Positions 35,936-46,985 of a stretch of 64,000 nt of DNA are shown here, one piece after another; position 1 is the first letter of the stretch, and every line of letters starts with the position of its first letter. The notes beneath the pieces were generated by a model. The model saw only the letters and a list, made by a program, of their open reading frames with translations, was not told the DNA's origin and did not search any database. The stretch is from assembly GCA_030632085.1 (NCBI GenBank), contig DAOVJY010000002.1, positions 248,319 through 312,318 on the forward strand, read 5' to 3'. This DNA comes from Candidatus Omnitrophota bacterium. GTDB lineage: Bacteria > Omnitrophota > Gorgyraeia > JAGLLT01. The translations under genes were made by a program, and so were the position numbers.

Positions 35936-38427
35936 AGGCCTAAAAGATCCCCTAGACCCTTAAGACCCTTTATTCCTTCCAGGAGAAGTTCATCAGGAGA
36001 AGCCGGTTCCAATTTATGTTGGGCGTTTTTGATTGTGCCGGTTGAGCGTATGCGGGTTATATATCTATTTGTAAAGTTGAATATCATTGAAAGAACTTGC
36101 TGGCTTGTATTTAATTCGTCATATTTTTCTTTTGAGAACTCCGCGTTTGATAAAAAGTTGATGTTGCCTTTGAAGTCCAGCGAGCCTTTGGATTTCAATT
36201 CAAAACCTTCACTGATCAGAGTAATATTTTCACTGCTTATAGTCTGATTTTTAATGATAAAGTCGGCATTAGCTTCTTTGAATGTTACTTTTTCCTCCAT
36301 GGAAATACCTAATAATTTTGCCATGGTATCAAGAACGGGTAATTTCAGGAGATGGCCGTCAACAATCACTATGCCTCCATCACCCGTAACGCCACTCATA
36401 TCTTTATAGGGATTTCTGAGGCGCATTTTTAGATAAGTTGTGCCTTTGATTCCTTTGTCTTTTAGTTTTGTGTCTTGAGTGAGTTTTTGAAGATTTAAGC
36501 CTTTGAGAAGAAGGTTAATATTGTAAGGCGTAGTCTCTTTGGATAGAATCATATCACCCGTCATAGCAAATATCCCGTCATAGGCCGAGAAAGTGAAATT
36601 CTTTAATATTACATTTCCGGCTTGCATGGCGGCATTAATATATAGATCCGTTAAATTAAAATTTTTCAGCTGCAGTTTACCGGCGTTAGCCTTTAAACCC
36701 GCGGTGGCTTCTTTCCATTTAGCAAGTTGTCCCTGAAAATGGAGATTACCCGGAATTTTACCTTTTAGTCCCAGGTTTGAGATATTTTTTGCATCGCCGG
36801 GTATTAATTTATCAAGATGAGCCGCATTTATTATGATATCACCGTAAAGAGTGAAATTGGGGTTTGAAAGATTTTCTATGTCTCCGGTTAATTCAAATGT
36901 ATGTGTGTGATAACTACCTTTTATTTTATTTATATGCGCGTTTGGGTGCACTATAGATATGTTGCCGCTGCCGAAGAAATTTTCTGAAATAATTTTAAAA
37001 TCAAGTATGGGACTTTCAAAATTATTCAAGACAGCATTTAATTTATATGCCTCATCTAAGAAAGTAAAACTAATATTATTTATTTCCGCTTTATCTTTGG
37101 AGAGGAATATTTTTCCGCTGGCAGATGAAATGCTAAACTTTGAATCATCTCCCTGAACCGATACATCAGATAAAGATATATCTCCGGTTATATCCAGGGA
37201 AATCATTTGCCTGAGACTGCCGTTTATATTAAGGGAAGCATAAGTTTTACCGGCCAGCTTTAGGTTTTTAAACTGTTCTCTGCTGGTTTTAGGTAGCAGC
37301 TCAATCGCTTTCTCGAGCCGCAAATCACTTTTTACAGCTAGTTTCAAATATAAATCTTTTAGATTTACCACGCCTTTTAATACGGTGGGGCATCCCAGCA
37401 AATTTCCGTTTATTTCTTCCAGGGTAATCTTTTTGGTATCAAATTTAGCTTTACCGGTCATATTTGAAAAAGAGTGAACATAGGGCAGGCCTTCAATTGA
37501 GAGATCTTTTGGCTTTATGTGTCCGGAAAGATTTAAGAGTTTCCTTTTATCTAAATCATAAGCTATATTAACGGAGACATCGGTATCTCCTTTGATTTGA
37601 TAGGTAATATTATCTAAAGTTAAATCATCTAGGCCGGCAGTAATATCTATATCTAAAAGTTTCTCACTCCCTAAAGAGACATTAATATTAGATGTTGCTG
37701 TACCTTCTAAGGACTTGTAGTCAACCGGCAGGCCGGCAGCAAGGTTTATTTCATGTAGGGAGAGGCTGTTTGTGTTGCCCGATAAGGATAATTTTTTGGT
37801 TTTAATGTTGTATGTTCCTTTTAAGAAACAGTTTGATTTTTTATCCGCTAGAGAGAAAGAGAGCTTGTATCTAATTGAAGCAGGAAGTAAATATCCGTAA
37901 TTGAAATTTATTTTATTAATTTTTTTAAAATATTTTTCTTCACGGCTGTAATCGGAATATGAGAGGGAGCCGTTATTAATGCTAGCGTTGGTTATTATAA
38001 ATGAATTCTTTTTAGAAGCCGGTTTATTTGAAGGCTTTAGCAGATCGCTGATATTGAAAGTTCTTTGAGGTGACTTATTGATGAGTATCCGAGGGTTATT
38101 AATATTTAAATTGGTGATTATTAACTTGCGCTTGATTATAAAAGGCAAGATAAGAACATTGAAGCTTACCTTATTGGAGCTTAGTAACGGTGTATTATCT
38201 TCTAAATCCTTTGAGGCTATCTGAATATCCTTTAGTACAATACCATCCTTAAGTGAATATAGGAGTTTGTTAATAGTAACTTCTCTCTTAAGAGATTCTG
38301 TTAACTTATTTGTAATTAAACCTTTCGCCTTATAGGGGAGAAGATAATTATTAAGCAGGAAGTAACTCCCGATAAATATAAGAAGGAAAAAAATAAATAT
38401 TTTTATTATTTTATTCATAAGTAACAT
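35932..38427 (-). CDS. AsmA/DUF748-like beta-rich periplasmic protein
   Basis: N-terminal anchor, repetitive beta-strand composition, AsmA-like C-terminus; only long minus-strand ORF. Confidence 0.75.
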   Translation of the reverse strand: MLLMNKIIKIFIFFLLIFIGSYFLLNNYLLPYKAKGLITNKLTESLKREVTINKLLYSLKDGIVLKDIQIASKDLEDNTPLLSSNKVSFNVLILPFIIKRKLIITNLNINNPRILINKSPQRTFNISDLLKPSNKPASKKNSFIITNASINNGSLSYSDYSREEKYFKKINKINFNYGYLLPASIRYKLSFSLADKKSNCFLKGTYNIKTKKLSLSGNTNSLSLHEINLAAGLPVDYKSLEGTATSNINVSLGSEKLLDIDITAGLDDLTLDNITYQIKGDTDVSVNIAYDLDKRKLLNLSGHIKPKDLSIEGLPYVHSFSNMTGKAKFDTKKITLEEINGNLLGCPTVLKGVVNLKDLYLKLAVKSDLRLEKAIELLPKTSREQFKNLKLAGKTYASLNINGSLRQMISLDITGDISLSDVSVQGDDSKFSISSASGKIFLSKDKAEINNISFTFLDEAYKLNAVLNNFESPILDFKIISENFFGSGNISIVHPNAHINKIKGSYHTHTFELTGDIENLSNPNFTLYGDIIINAAHLDKLIPGDAKNISNLGLKGKIPGNLHFQGQLAKWKEATAGLKANAGKLQLKNFNLTDLYINAAMQAGNVILKNFTFSAYDGIFAMTGDMILSKETTPYNINLLLKGLNLQKLTQDTKLKDKGIKGTTYLKMRLRNPYKDMSGVTGDGGIVIVDGHLLKLPVLDTMAKLLGISMEEKVTFKEANADFIIKNQTISSENITLISEGFELKSKGSLDFKGNINFLSNAEFSKEKYDELNTSQQVLSMIFNFTNRYITRIRSTGTIKNAQHKLEPASPDELLLEGIKGLKGLGDLLGL

Positions 38428-38618
38428 CTTCTTGTTTAACCATAATTTTACCTGTTATTAGCTGGCGGTGCAAGTTTCTTTTTAAGTTATTATTTTAGAT
38501 AAAACCGGTTAAAAAATAAAATTACTTGATACCGATGATAAAAAGAACTCTTTTATAGATTGCTTGACATGTAAGAGGCTATTCTGATAATATTAAAAAA
38601 AGAAGACCCTGTTCGTAA

Positions 38619-39587
38619 ATGTATTTATACACAATGGAAGGCGAAATGAAAAAAAGTATAATATTCCTTATTTGTCCTAAGTTGATTATGATTATTTTAT
38701 TAGTATCCTTTTTTAGCGCGGGATATTCTTTTGCTGATACAATACATCTGAAAAATGGTGATGTATTAAGTGGAACTATAAAAAAAGAAACTAATAACTA
38801 TTATCTGTTAAACACAGCAGCCATGTCTCAGGTTAAGATTATAAAAGAGTATGTAGATACAGTGAGTTATGAGAAAGATAGTATAAAAGAAAGAAATAAA
38901 AAAGAGGAAGCATCTAGTGTTGATAAATCAGAGAAGCTATGGTCGAGAACTATTTCTCTTGGTTATAATGAATCGCGTGGTAATACCGAAAAATCAAAGT
39001 TAACCGGGAAATTACTTGCCAATAGGAAGACAGGCAGGAATGAGCTTATCTTTAAAGTGGAAGGCGTATATGCCTCATCAAAAGATCGGATGGATACTCA
39101 AGAATATAACGGATATGTTCGTTATGCCTATAGTTTTGGGAAAGACTTGAGATGGTATAATTTTTATAAATTATATGGCGAGCATAATAAATTCTCAGAT
39201 GTTGATTATCGCCTGATACCTTCGGCGGGTTATGGATATTGGTTTTTTACTAAGGATGAGTTTAAGTTACTGGCTGAAGGTGGCCTTGGATATGAAATGA
39301 CTAAATATTATAAAACCGGTGATAAGGGTGATGTAACCTCAGTTTTCAGAGGGTTTGTGTCCAAGAAGATATTTAGTGGTGCTACTATTTCACAAGATTT
39401 TTATGTATATCCTTCACTGGGAGAATTAGGGGAGTATATGGTCTATTCTGAGACTTCATTGAATAGTCCTATAACTGATAAGCTCTCATTAGTTATAAGT
39501 CTGATTGATGAATATGACTCGAACGCTCCTTCAACGGTCAAAAAAAATGATCTACAGTTAACTACATCTTTGGCCTATAAATTTTAA
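38619..39587 (+). CDS. DUF481 (YdiY-like) outer-membrane beta-barrel protein
   Basis: ADTIHLKNGDVLSG, GNT, GYGYWF, terminal LAYKF; start probably 38646. Confidence 0.8.
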   Translation: MYLYTMEGEMKKSIIFLICPKLIMIILLVSFFSAGYSFADTIHLKNGDVLSGTIKKETNNYYLLNTAAMSQVKIIKEYVDTVSYEKDSIKERNKKEEASSVDKSEKLWSRTISLGYNESRGNTEKSKLTGKLLANRKTGRNELIFKVEGVYASSKDRMDTQEYNGYVRYAYSFGKDLRWYNFYKLYGEHNKFSDVDYRLIPSAGYGYWFFTKDEFKLLAEGGLGYEMTKYYKTGDKGDVTSVFRGFVSKKIFSGATISQDFYVYPSLGELGEYMVYSETSLNSPITDKLSLVISLIDEYDSNAPSTVKKNDLQLTTSLAYKF

Positions 39588-39610
39588 TCCATATTTTGGT
39601 TCAATTTGTG

Positions 39611-39639
39611 TTGACTTTTATGTACCCGATTGTTATAAT
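39611..39639 (+). promoter_or_regulatory. Promoter of tRNA operon 1
   Basis: TTGACT-17bp-TATAAT. Confidence 0.8.
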
Positions 39640-39661
39640 TGTTTGCTATATTTCGGGTTAT

Positions 39662-39739
<78 letters not shown>

Positions 39740-39740
39740 A

Positions 39741-40254
<514 letters not shown>

Positions 40255-40353
40255 AATTAGCAAATAGCAAATAGCTTATGGCGAATGGCAAATTTTAGCT
40301 ATTAGCTATAAAGTGAGCCGAAGGTGAACAAGCTATAGGCGATAAGCTAAAGT

Positions 40354-40431
40354 GGTGGGTGTAGCTCAGTTGGTTAGAGCGCTGGACTGTGGCTCCGGAG
40401 GCCGGGGGTTCAAATCCCCTCACTCACCCCA
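40354..40431 (+). tRNA. tRNA-His(GTG)
   Basis: G-1, CTGGA-CTGTGGC-TCCGG arm, CCCA end. Confidence 0.95.
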
Positions 40432-40503
40432 TTTAAGAAGTAAATTTAGTTGTATTAATTGTTGGATTTTATAGAATTCATTTGAAGTAAGAAGTTCATT
40501 AAT

Positions 40504-40580
40504 GCGCCCGTGGCTCAATTGGATAGAGCGGTGGACTTCGAATCCGACGGTTGCAGGTTCGAGTCCTGCCGGGCGCGCCA
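40504..40580 (+). tRNA. tRNA-Arg(TCG)
   Basis: GTGGA-CTTCGAA-TCCGA arm, CCA end. Confidence 0.9.
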
Positions 40581-40660
40581 TATTTTAGCGTATAGCGTGT
40601 AGAGAATGCGTTGATTTTTAAGAGAGTTATTGGAATATTTGTTTTTTGATGCAAAAATAT

Positions 40661-40689
40661 TTGACCTTTCCAATCGGGTATTGTATAAT
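40661..40689 (+). promoter_or_regulatory. Promoter of tRNA operon 2
   Basis: TTGACC-17bp-TATAAT with TG extension. Confidence 0.8.
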
Positions 40690-40721
40690 GAGTGCTTCTA
40701 TAATTAGATTCTTGATAATTT

Positions 40722-40797
40722 GCCCGTATAGCTCAATTGGCAGAGCAGGGGCCTCTTAAGCCCAAGGTTCAAGGTTCAATTCCTTGTGCGGGTACCA
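40722..40797 (+). tRNA. tRNA-Lys(CTT)
   Basis: GGGGC-CTCTTAA-GCCCA arm, CCA end. Confidence 0.9.
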
Positions 40798-40872
40798 ATT
40801 TGGCTAATGGCATATGGCTGATAGCGAATGGCACAAACAATTTGCGATTTGCAATAGGCAATTTGCTAGTTT

Positions 40873-40959
40873 GCGGACGTGGCGGAACTGGCAGACGCGC
40901 AGGATTTAGGATCCTGTCCTAGTGATAGGGTGAGAGTTCGACCCTCTCCGTCCGCACCA
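40873..40959 (+). tRNA. tRNA-Leu(TAG)
   Basis: CAGGA-TTTAGGA-TCCTG arm, long variable arm, CCA end. Confidence 0.95.
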
Positions 40960-41000
40960 ATATAGCTAATGGCGTATGGCAAATGGCTAATGGCCAATAG

Positions 41001-41099
41001 TTTATAGATAGAAATTATATCGTAGAAGAAAGACTAAAATTTTATGCACAAGCAGAATTACTTATTAAGAAAATTCATTCTTTTAAGAAAAATCTTTGA
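41001..41099 (+). pseudogene. 3' remnant of a second four helix bundle gene
   Basis: DRNYIVEERLKFYAQAELLIKKIHSFKKNL-stop, homologous to the C-terminus of 39770-40135; between heptamer arms. Confidence 0.8.
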
Positions 41100-41139
41100 T
41101 TTAACTATATGCTATATGCTATATGCTATTTGCTATTCA

Positions 41140-41214
<75 letters not shown>

Positions 41215-41216
41215 AA

Positions 41217-41436
41217 TGAGTACTAAACTTACAGAGCGAAGCGAAGGTAAGTTTATTGTACGAATTTGGCACTGAGGCTCAGAGTGAGTCGAAGTGCCTT
41301 AATATATATTAAGATCCTTCGCTTATGCTCAGGATTTAATTCGCATATACCATTTAGCTTCACTATCGTTTGCTAAACGGTAAGCTCATTTAAATTTGGC
41401 ACTGAATGTTATATATTTTGGTAACATGAAGTGCCT
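41217..41436. repeat. Cluster of REP-like palindromes
   Basis: AAACTTAC..GTAAGTTT, GGCACTGA..GAAGTGCC twice, ATCCTTCG..CTCAGGAT. Confidence 0.6.
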
Positions 41437-41483
41437 TGAAAGTTTTTTTATTAAATAATATAAATTCAGGAAGGAGTAGTGTT

Positions 41484-42764
41484 TTGAAAGTAAGTGTTTC
41501 AGAAGTAAATCCCTGTAAAAAAGTTTTAAAAATTCATATTCCCAGCGACGTAGTTCAGCAAGAGCTGGATATTGTCTATAAAGAAATAGCTAAAGTAGCT
41601 GAGGTTCCGGGATATAGAAAGGGTAAGGCCCCTAGAAGCATTATTGAACAGCGCCATTCCAAGGAAGCTAAAGATGAGGTGTTAAACAGGTTAATTCCGC
41701 AAACATACACTCAGGCGATAAAAGACTATAATATTAACCCTGTGGCTCATCCTGAAGTAAGTCAGGTAAAGCTTGTTGACGGAGAACCGCTCTATTATGA
41801 AGCGGCAGTTGACGTTAAGCCGGCCGTAAAACTAAAAAAGTATAAAGGCCTTAATGTTAATAAAAGAAAATTAAACGTTGAAGACTCTGAAGTAGAAAAT
41901 ACGCTGAATATGGCCAGAGAGAGATTTGCCGATTATAAAACAATTGATGGCCGTGCGGCGAAAGATGGCGATTTTGTAGTAGCAGATTATGAATTTACTA
42001 TTGATGGTAAGACAGAAAAAAGAGATAATGCTTGGTTTTCGCTAGGAGATAACCCTAATGAAATTAAAGAAATTACAGCTAAATTAAAAGGTGTTAAACC
42101 TAATGATGAAATTGAAGTAACAGCTAAATTACCCGAAAATTATCCTAAGAAGGAACTGGTGGGTAAAGAAGCTAATTTTAAGTTGAAGGTTAAGGAAATT
42201 AAAGAAAAAAGCCTCCCGAAGTTGGATGATGAATTTGTAAAGGGCTTGGGGGATTATAAAACGGTTGCCGATTTTAAAGATGCTCTTAGGGCGGATATAA
42301 CGGCAAGGAAAGAAAGAGAAATTAAACTTGAGGGGGAGAAGCAGTTAGCGGAGCAGCTTATTAAGCTTAATCCGATGACTGTGCCTGAAAGCATGATTAA
42401 AGAGCAGGCGGCTCAGATTGTAAAAGACCTTAAAATGCGCCTTGCTTATCAAGGATTGCCCCAGGAAGAAATTGATAAACAGGAAGAGTTACTTACTAAT
42501 AATGCTCTTAAGGATGCCGAAGAGCAGGTTAAAATTTACTTTTTGACCGAGGCAATTGCCAAGGCTGAGAATATAACTTGTTCTGATGATGAATTGGAGC
42601 AGCGTTTAGAACTATTGGCGAAGCAGAACAAAACTAATATTGAAAAGATTAAAGAACACTTTCAGAAAAATAACTCTATTGACAGTTTGAAAGAGCAGAT
42701 AGAGAGAGAAAAAGTAATTGATTATTTGATTTCAGAAGCGAAAGTGAAAGAAGTTTCAAAATAA
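41484..42764 (+). CDS. tig: Trigger factor
   Basis: [10 protein letters not shown] signature, FKBP-like domain; RBS AAGGAG before TTG 41484. Confidence 0.95.
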   Translation: MKVSVSEVNPCKKVLKIHIPSDVVQQELDIVYKEIAKVAEVPGYRKGKAPRSIIEQRHSKEAKDEVLNRLIPQTYTQAIKDYNINPVAHPEVSQVKLVDGEPLYYEAAVDVKPAVKLKKYKGLNVNKRKLNVEDSEVENTLNMARERFADYKTIDGRAAKDGDFVVADYEFTIDGKTEKRDNAWFSLGDNPNEIKEITAKLKGVKPNDEIEVTAKLPENYPKKELVGKEANFKLKVKEIKEKSLPKLDDEFVKGLGDYKTVADFKDALRADITARKEREIKLEGEKQLAEQLIKLNPMTVPESMIKEQAAQIVKDLKMRLAYQGLPQEEIDKQEELLTNNALKDAEEQVKIYFLTEAIAKAENITCSDDELEQRLELLAKQNKTNIEKIKEHFQKNNSIDSLKEQIEREKVIDYLISEAKVKEVSK

Positions 42765-42774
42765 GGAGAAGGAT

Positions 42775-43383
42775 ATGACAAGATTATCTGAAAAGGCCCA
42801 GCACTTAGTTCCTATGGTGGTTGAGCAGTCTGCTAGAGGAGAAAGGGCATATGACATATTTTCACGTCTTCTTAAGGATAGGATTATTTTTGTTGGCACG
42901 GTGATAGATGAAGATATATCGAATTTAATTATCGCCCAACTGCTTTTTTTGCAGATGGAAGACCCAAAGAAAGAAATAAGCATATATATTAATTCACCCG
43001 GTGGAAGTGTTACCGCGGGTCTTGCTATTTATGATACGATGCAATTTGTTAAATGTGATGTAGCTACTTATTGTATCGGCCAGGCGGCCAGTATGAGCGC
43101 GTTATTAATAGCTGCCGGTAAAAAAGGTAAAAGGTATATTTTGCCGCATGCCAGAGTTATGATTCACCAGCCGTGGGGCGGTGTTAGCGGAGCCGCTACT
43201 GATATCAGCATCCAGGCGAAAGAAATATTACGTTTAAAAGAAAAATTAAATGAAATTTTAGCTAAACACACAGGCCAGACATTAGAGAGAATTGAGCAAG
43301 ACGCTGATAGAGATTTTTTTATGTCAGCTGAAGAGGCTAAAAAATATGGCTTGGTAGATGAGGTTATTAAAAGTCAAAAATGA
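42775..43383 (+). CDS. clpP: Clp protease proteolytic subunit
   Basis: [26 protein letters not shown]. Confidence 0.97.
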   Translation: MTRLSEKAQHLVPMVVEQSARGERAYDIFSRLLKDRIIFVGTVIDEDISNLIIAQLLFLQMEDPKKEISIYINSPGGSVTAGLAIYDTMQFVKCDVATYCIGQAASMSALLIAAGKKGKRYILPHARVMIHQPWGGVSGAATDISIQAKEILRLKEKLNEILAKHTGQTLERIEQDADRDFFMSAEEAKKYGLVDEVIKSQK

Positions 43384-45779
43384 TGAGCGAAAAAATTCCA
43401 TTATTACCTATTAGAGATTTAGTTATTTTTCCGTATATGGTTATGTCCCTTTTGGTGGGCAGAGAAAAATCCATAAATGCTTTAGAAAAATCCCTCGAAA
43501 TCAATAAGGTTCTTTTTCTTTGCACTCAGAAAAATTATCTTGTGGAGAATCCCAAAGAAAGCGATTTGTATAGCGTTGGTGTTTTAGCCGAAGTGCTGCA
43601 AGCCCTTAAATTACCGGACGGTTCATATAAAGTTGTTGTTGGAGCAAAGAAGAGAGCTAAAATTAGAAAAGTTATTTCTATGACTGATTATGACCGCGTG
43701 GAACTTCAGGCTTTAAATGAGAAGCTGAAAATTACTTTGGAGGTTCAGGCGCTGATGCGCACCGTAGTTAAGCAATTTGAAAATTACGCGAAATTGAATC
43801 CAAAAATAAGTGGAGAAACGATTGTTTCGATAAATTCAATGAATTCTCCTTCTGAACTTGCCGATGCTGTAGCCGCCCAGCTGAATATTAAAATACCTGA
43901 GAAGCAGCGGCTTTTAGAGGAAATAGATTCCGTCAAAAGACTCAAGCGTTTAAGCGGTATGCTGAATTCAGAAATTGAAATTTTAAGAGTTGAGCAGAAG
44001 ATATTGGGAAATGTTAAAAAGCAACTGGATAAGTCTCAAAAGGATTATTATCTGCAGGAACAGTTAAAGGCCATAGAGAAAGAGCTTGGTTATAAGCGAG
44101 AAGAGAAGAAAGAAGTTGAAAATCTAGCCAAACAAATAAAAAAAGCAAAAATGAGCAAAGAAGCCAAGGAAGTTGCCTTGCGCGAAGTAAAAAAGCTGGA
44201 TCGCATGAATCCGATTTCTCCGGAGAGCGCGGTTATTAGAAATTACGTCGATTGGCTCTTAAGATTACCTTGGCAGTCTAGAACAAAAGACAGGCTTGAT
44301 ATAACGGCCGCGGATGAGGTGTTGAATGCCGATCATTATGGATTGGATAAAGCGAAAGAACGCATCTTAGAATATTTAGCTGTCAAAAAACACACTAAAG
44401 GTATTAAAAGCCAAATCCTTTGTTTTGTGGGGCCGCCAGGTGTAGGTAAAACATCATTAGCGAAATCTATCGCCAGAGCGTTGAATAGGAATTTTGTAAG
44501 GGTATCTTTGGGCGGCGTCAGGGATGAGGCTGAGATAAAAGGCCATAGAAGAACCTATATTGGCGCATTACCCGGAAGAATTATACAATCTTTAGTTAAA
44601 GGAAAGTCTAAAAATCCCGTATTTCTTTTGGATGAAATCGATAAGATGTCAGCTGACTTTAGAGGTGATCCGTCAAGTGCGATGTTGGAGGTTTTGGACC
44701 CCGAGGAGAATCATACTTTTTCAGATCATTACTTAGAAGTTGATTTTGATCTTTCTGAAGTGATGTTTATCACTACCAGTAATATTCAGGATAATATACC
44801 GCATCCGTTAATGGATCGGATGGAGATTATTAAATTACCCGGTTATACTAATTATGAGAAATTAAAAATAGCTAAAGAATTCATTGTGCCTAAACAGTTG
44901 AAGTGTCATGGGCTTTCTCAGAATTTTTTTAATATCTCTGATAATGCTCTTAGATTAATAATTAAGCAATATACACTTGAGGCGGGAGTTAGGAATTTGG
45001 AGAGAGAAATAGCTCATATCTGCCGCAAGGTTGTGAGGGATATTGTAGAAAACAATAAAAAGAAAGTTAAGTTTTCTATTGATTCTTCAAATGTCCATAA
45101 ATATTTAGGGCCGCCTAAGTTTTCTGAAAACAGAAAAGAAAAACACGATGAAGTTGGAGTTGCCTTTGGGTTGGCGTGGACTCAGGCCGGTGGTGATGTG
45201 ATGCCGGTTGAAACGGTTGTCTTGAGGGGGACCGGCAAGCTAACCCTTACCGGTCAGTTGGGAGAGGTGATGCAGGAGTCCGCTAAAGCGGCTATGGCTT
45301 TTATTAGGTCGGTTTCTGATGAGCTGAAGATAAATCCAAGTTTTTATAAAAATAAAGACATTCATATTCATGTGCCCGAAGGAGCGATACCGAAAGATGG
45401 ACCCTCGGCCGGAATTACTATTGCAACGGCAATTGTCTCAGCCTTAACTAAAAGGCCTGTTAATAAAAATGTGGCAATGACGGGTGAGATTACTTTAAGA
45501 GGTAAAGTTTTGCCTATCGGAGGCCTTAAGTCGAAAATCCTGGCGGCTCATAGAATAGGATTTAAAACAATCATTTTACCTAAAGAAAATAAAAAAGATT
45601 TAGTTGAAATACCTAATGATGTGTTAAAAAAACTTAATATAAAATTGGTAGAAAATGTCGGGCAGGTTTTTCAAATTGCTCTTGTAAGTAAAAGAAATAG
45701 TAAAACAGCGGGAAAATTAAAAGGCAAGAGTAATTTATGGCCGGATACCTACAGTCAAAAACAGATTATGTCAGTTTAA
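43380..45779 (+). CDS. lon: Lon protease
   Basis: [23 protein letters not shown]. Confidence 0.97.
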   Translation: MMSEKIPLLPIRDLVIFPYMVMSLLVGREKSINALEKSLEINKVLFLCTQKNYLVENPKESDLYSVGVLAEVLQALKLPDGSYKVVVGAKKRAKIRKVISMTDYDRVELQALNEKLKITLEVQALMRTVVKQFENYAKLNPKISGETIVSINSMNSPSELADAVAAQLNIKIPEKQRLLEEIDSVKRLKRLSGMLNSEIEILRVEQKILGNVKKQLDKSQKDYYLQEQLKAIEKELGYKREEKKEVENLAKQIKKAKMSKEAKEVALREVKKLDRMNPISPESAVIRNYVDWLLRLPWQSRTKDRLDITAADEVLNADHYGLDKAKERILEYLAVKKHTKGIKSQILCFVGPPGVGKTSLAKSIARALNRNFVRVSLGGVRDEAEIKGHRRTYIGALPGRIIQSLVKGKSKNPVFLLDEIDKMSADFRGDPSSAMLEVLDPEENHTFSDHYLEVDFDLSEVMFITTSNIQDNIPHPLMDRMEIIKLPGYTNYEKLKIAKEFIVPKQLKCHGLSQNFFNISDNALRLIIKQYTLEAGVRNLEREIAHICRKVVRDIVENNKKKVKFSIDSSNVHKYLGPPKFSENRKEKHDEVGVAFGLAWTQAGGDVMPVETVVLRGTGKLTLTGQLGEVMQESAKAAMAFIRSVSDELKINPSFYKNKDIHIHVPEGAIPKDGPSAGITIATAIVSALTKRPVNKNVAMTGEITLRGKVLPIGGLKSKILAAHRIGFKTIILPKENKKDLVEIPNDVLKKLNIKLVENVGQVFQIALVSKRNSKTAGKLKGKSNLWPDTYSQKQIMSV

Positions 45780-45817
45780 TTTTTTCTATCTTAGACACAA
45801 AAGAAGGAGAATAACAA

Positions 45818-46957
45818 ATGTTAAAAAAGCGTTATCTACTTACCCCGGGCCCAACACCGGTACCACCGGAATGTCTTTTGGCGATGGCCAAGCCGATTAT
45901 TCACCACAGAACAAAACAATTTAGAGCTTATATAGCAGAGGCGACAAAGGGGCTGCAGGAGGTTTTTCAGACTAAGAATCCTGTCATAACTTTGGCATCT
46001 AGCGGTACGGGAGCTATGGAATCTGCGGTTTGCAACTTACTTTCTAAAGATGATAAAGTCCTGACTGTATCCGGCGGTAAGTTTGGGGAAAGATGGGCTG
46101 AAATATGTAAAGCTTATGGAGTTAACGTTAAAATTATAGAAGTTGAGTGGGGCAAGTCGGTTGATCCGGCCGTAATTAAATCCGAACTTGAAGTTGATTC
46201 TGAAATTAAAGCCGTTTTTACTACACTTTGCGAAACTTCAACCGGAGTTAAAACTGACATAAAAGCGATCGCGGAAATGACTAAAAACCATCAAGCGATT
46301 CAGGTAACTGATGCTATTAGTGCCCTTGGAGCGGAAGAAATTAAAATGGACGATTGGGGCATTGACGTCGTTGTTACAGGTTCACAAAAAGGCCTTATGA
46401 TGCCGCCGGGGCTCGCATTTATCGCCTTAAGTGACAAAGCCTGGAAACTCGCGGAAGTATCAGATTTACCCAAGTATTACTTTAATCTGACGAAAGCTAA
46501 TAAGTCACTTGCTAATAGTGATACACCCTGGACTCCCGCGGTTAATTTAATTATTGGTTTAGTCGAAGCCTTAAATATTATAACCTCGGAAGGCATTGAG
46601 AATGTGCTAAAGAGGCATGAGCTTTTAGCGAAAGCAACAAGAGAAGCTGTGAAGGCAATCGGGTTAGGATTATTAGCACCTGAAAGTCCGTCGTGTGTGG
46701 TTACGGCTGTAAAATTGCCCGAGACTATTGACGGTGTTGAGTTGGTTAAGAAGCTACGAGATAAATATGATGTTTGGGTAGCCGGCGGCCAGGCGCAACT
46801 TAAGGGAAAAATAATCAGAATAGCTCATTTAGGATATATGAATAAATTTGATACAATAGTTGGAATTTCAGCTTTAGAAATGGCCCTAAAAGAAATAGGA
46901 TATGAGTTTGAGTTGGGCGCGGGTATTAAAAAAGCGGAAGAGATTCTAACCGGATAA
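45818..46957 (+). CDS. Class V aminotransferase (serine-pyruvate/alanine-glyoxylate type), probable phosphoserine aminotransferase role
   Basis: LTPGPTP, SGTGAME, ETSTG, GSQKG; adjacent to serA. Confidence 0.9.
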   Translation: MLKKRYLLTPGPTPVPPECLLAMAKPIIHHRTKQFRAYIAEATKGLQEVFQTKNPVITLASSGTGAMESAVCNLLSKDDKVLTVSGGKFGERWAEICKAYGVNVKIIEVEWGKSVDPAVIKSELEVDSEIKAVFTTLCETSTGVKTDIKAIAEMTKNHQAIQVTDAISALGAEEIKMDDWGIDVVVTGSQKGLMMPPGLAFIALSDKAWKLAEVSDLPKYYFNLTKANKSLANSDTPWTPAVNLIIGLVEALNIITSEGIENVLKRHELLAKATREAVKAIGLGLLAPESPSCVVTAVKLPETIDGVELVKKLRDKYDVWVAGGQAQLKGKIIRIAHLGYMNKFDTIVGISALEMALKEIGYEFELGAGIKKAEEILTG

Positions 46958-46985
46958 AAAATAAATCTACTTGGAGGTTTTATAA

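Noticed and set aside
40737-40922. 61-aa ORF in the tRNA cluster
   Set aside because: Overlaps tRNA-Lys and tRNA-Leu
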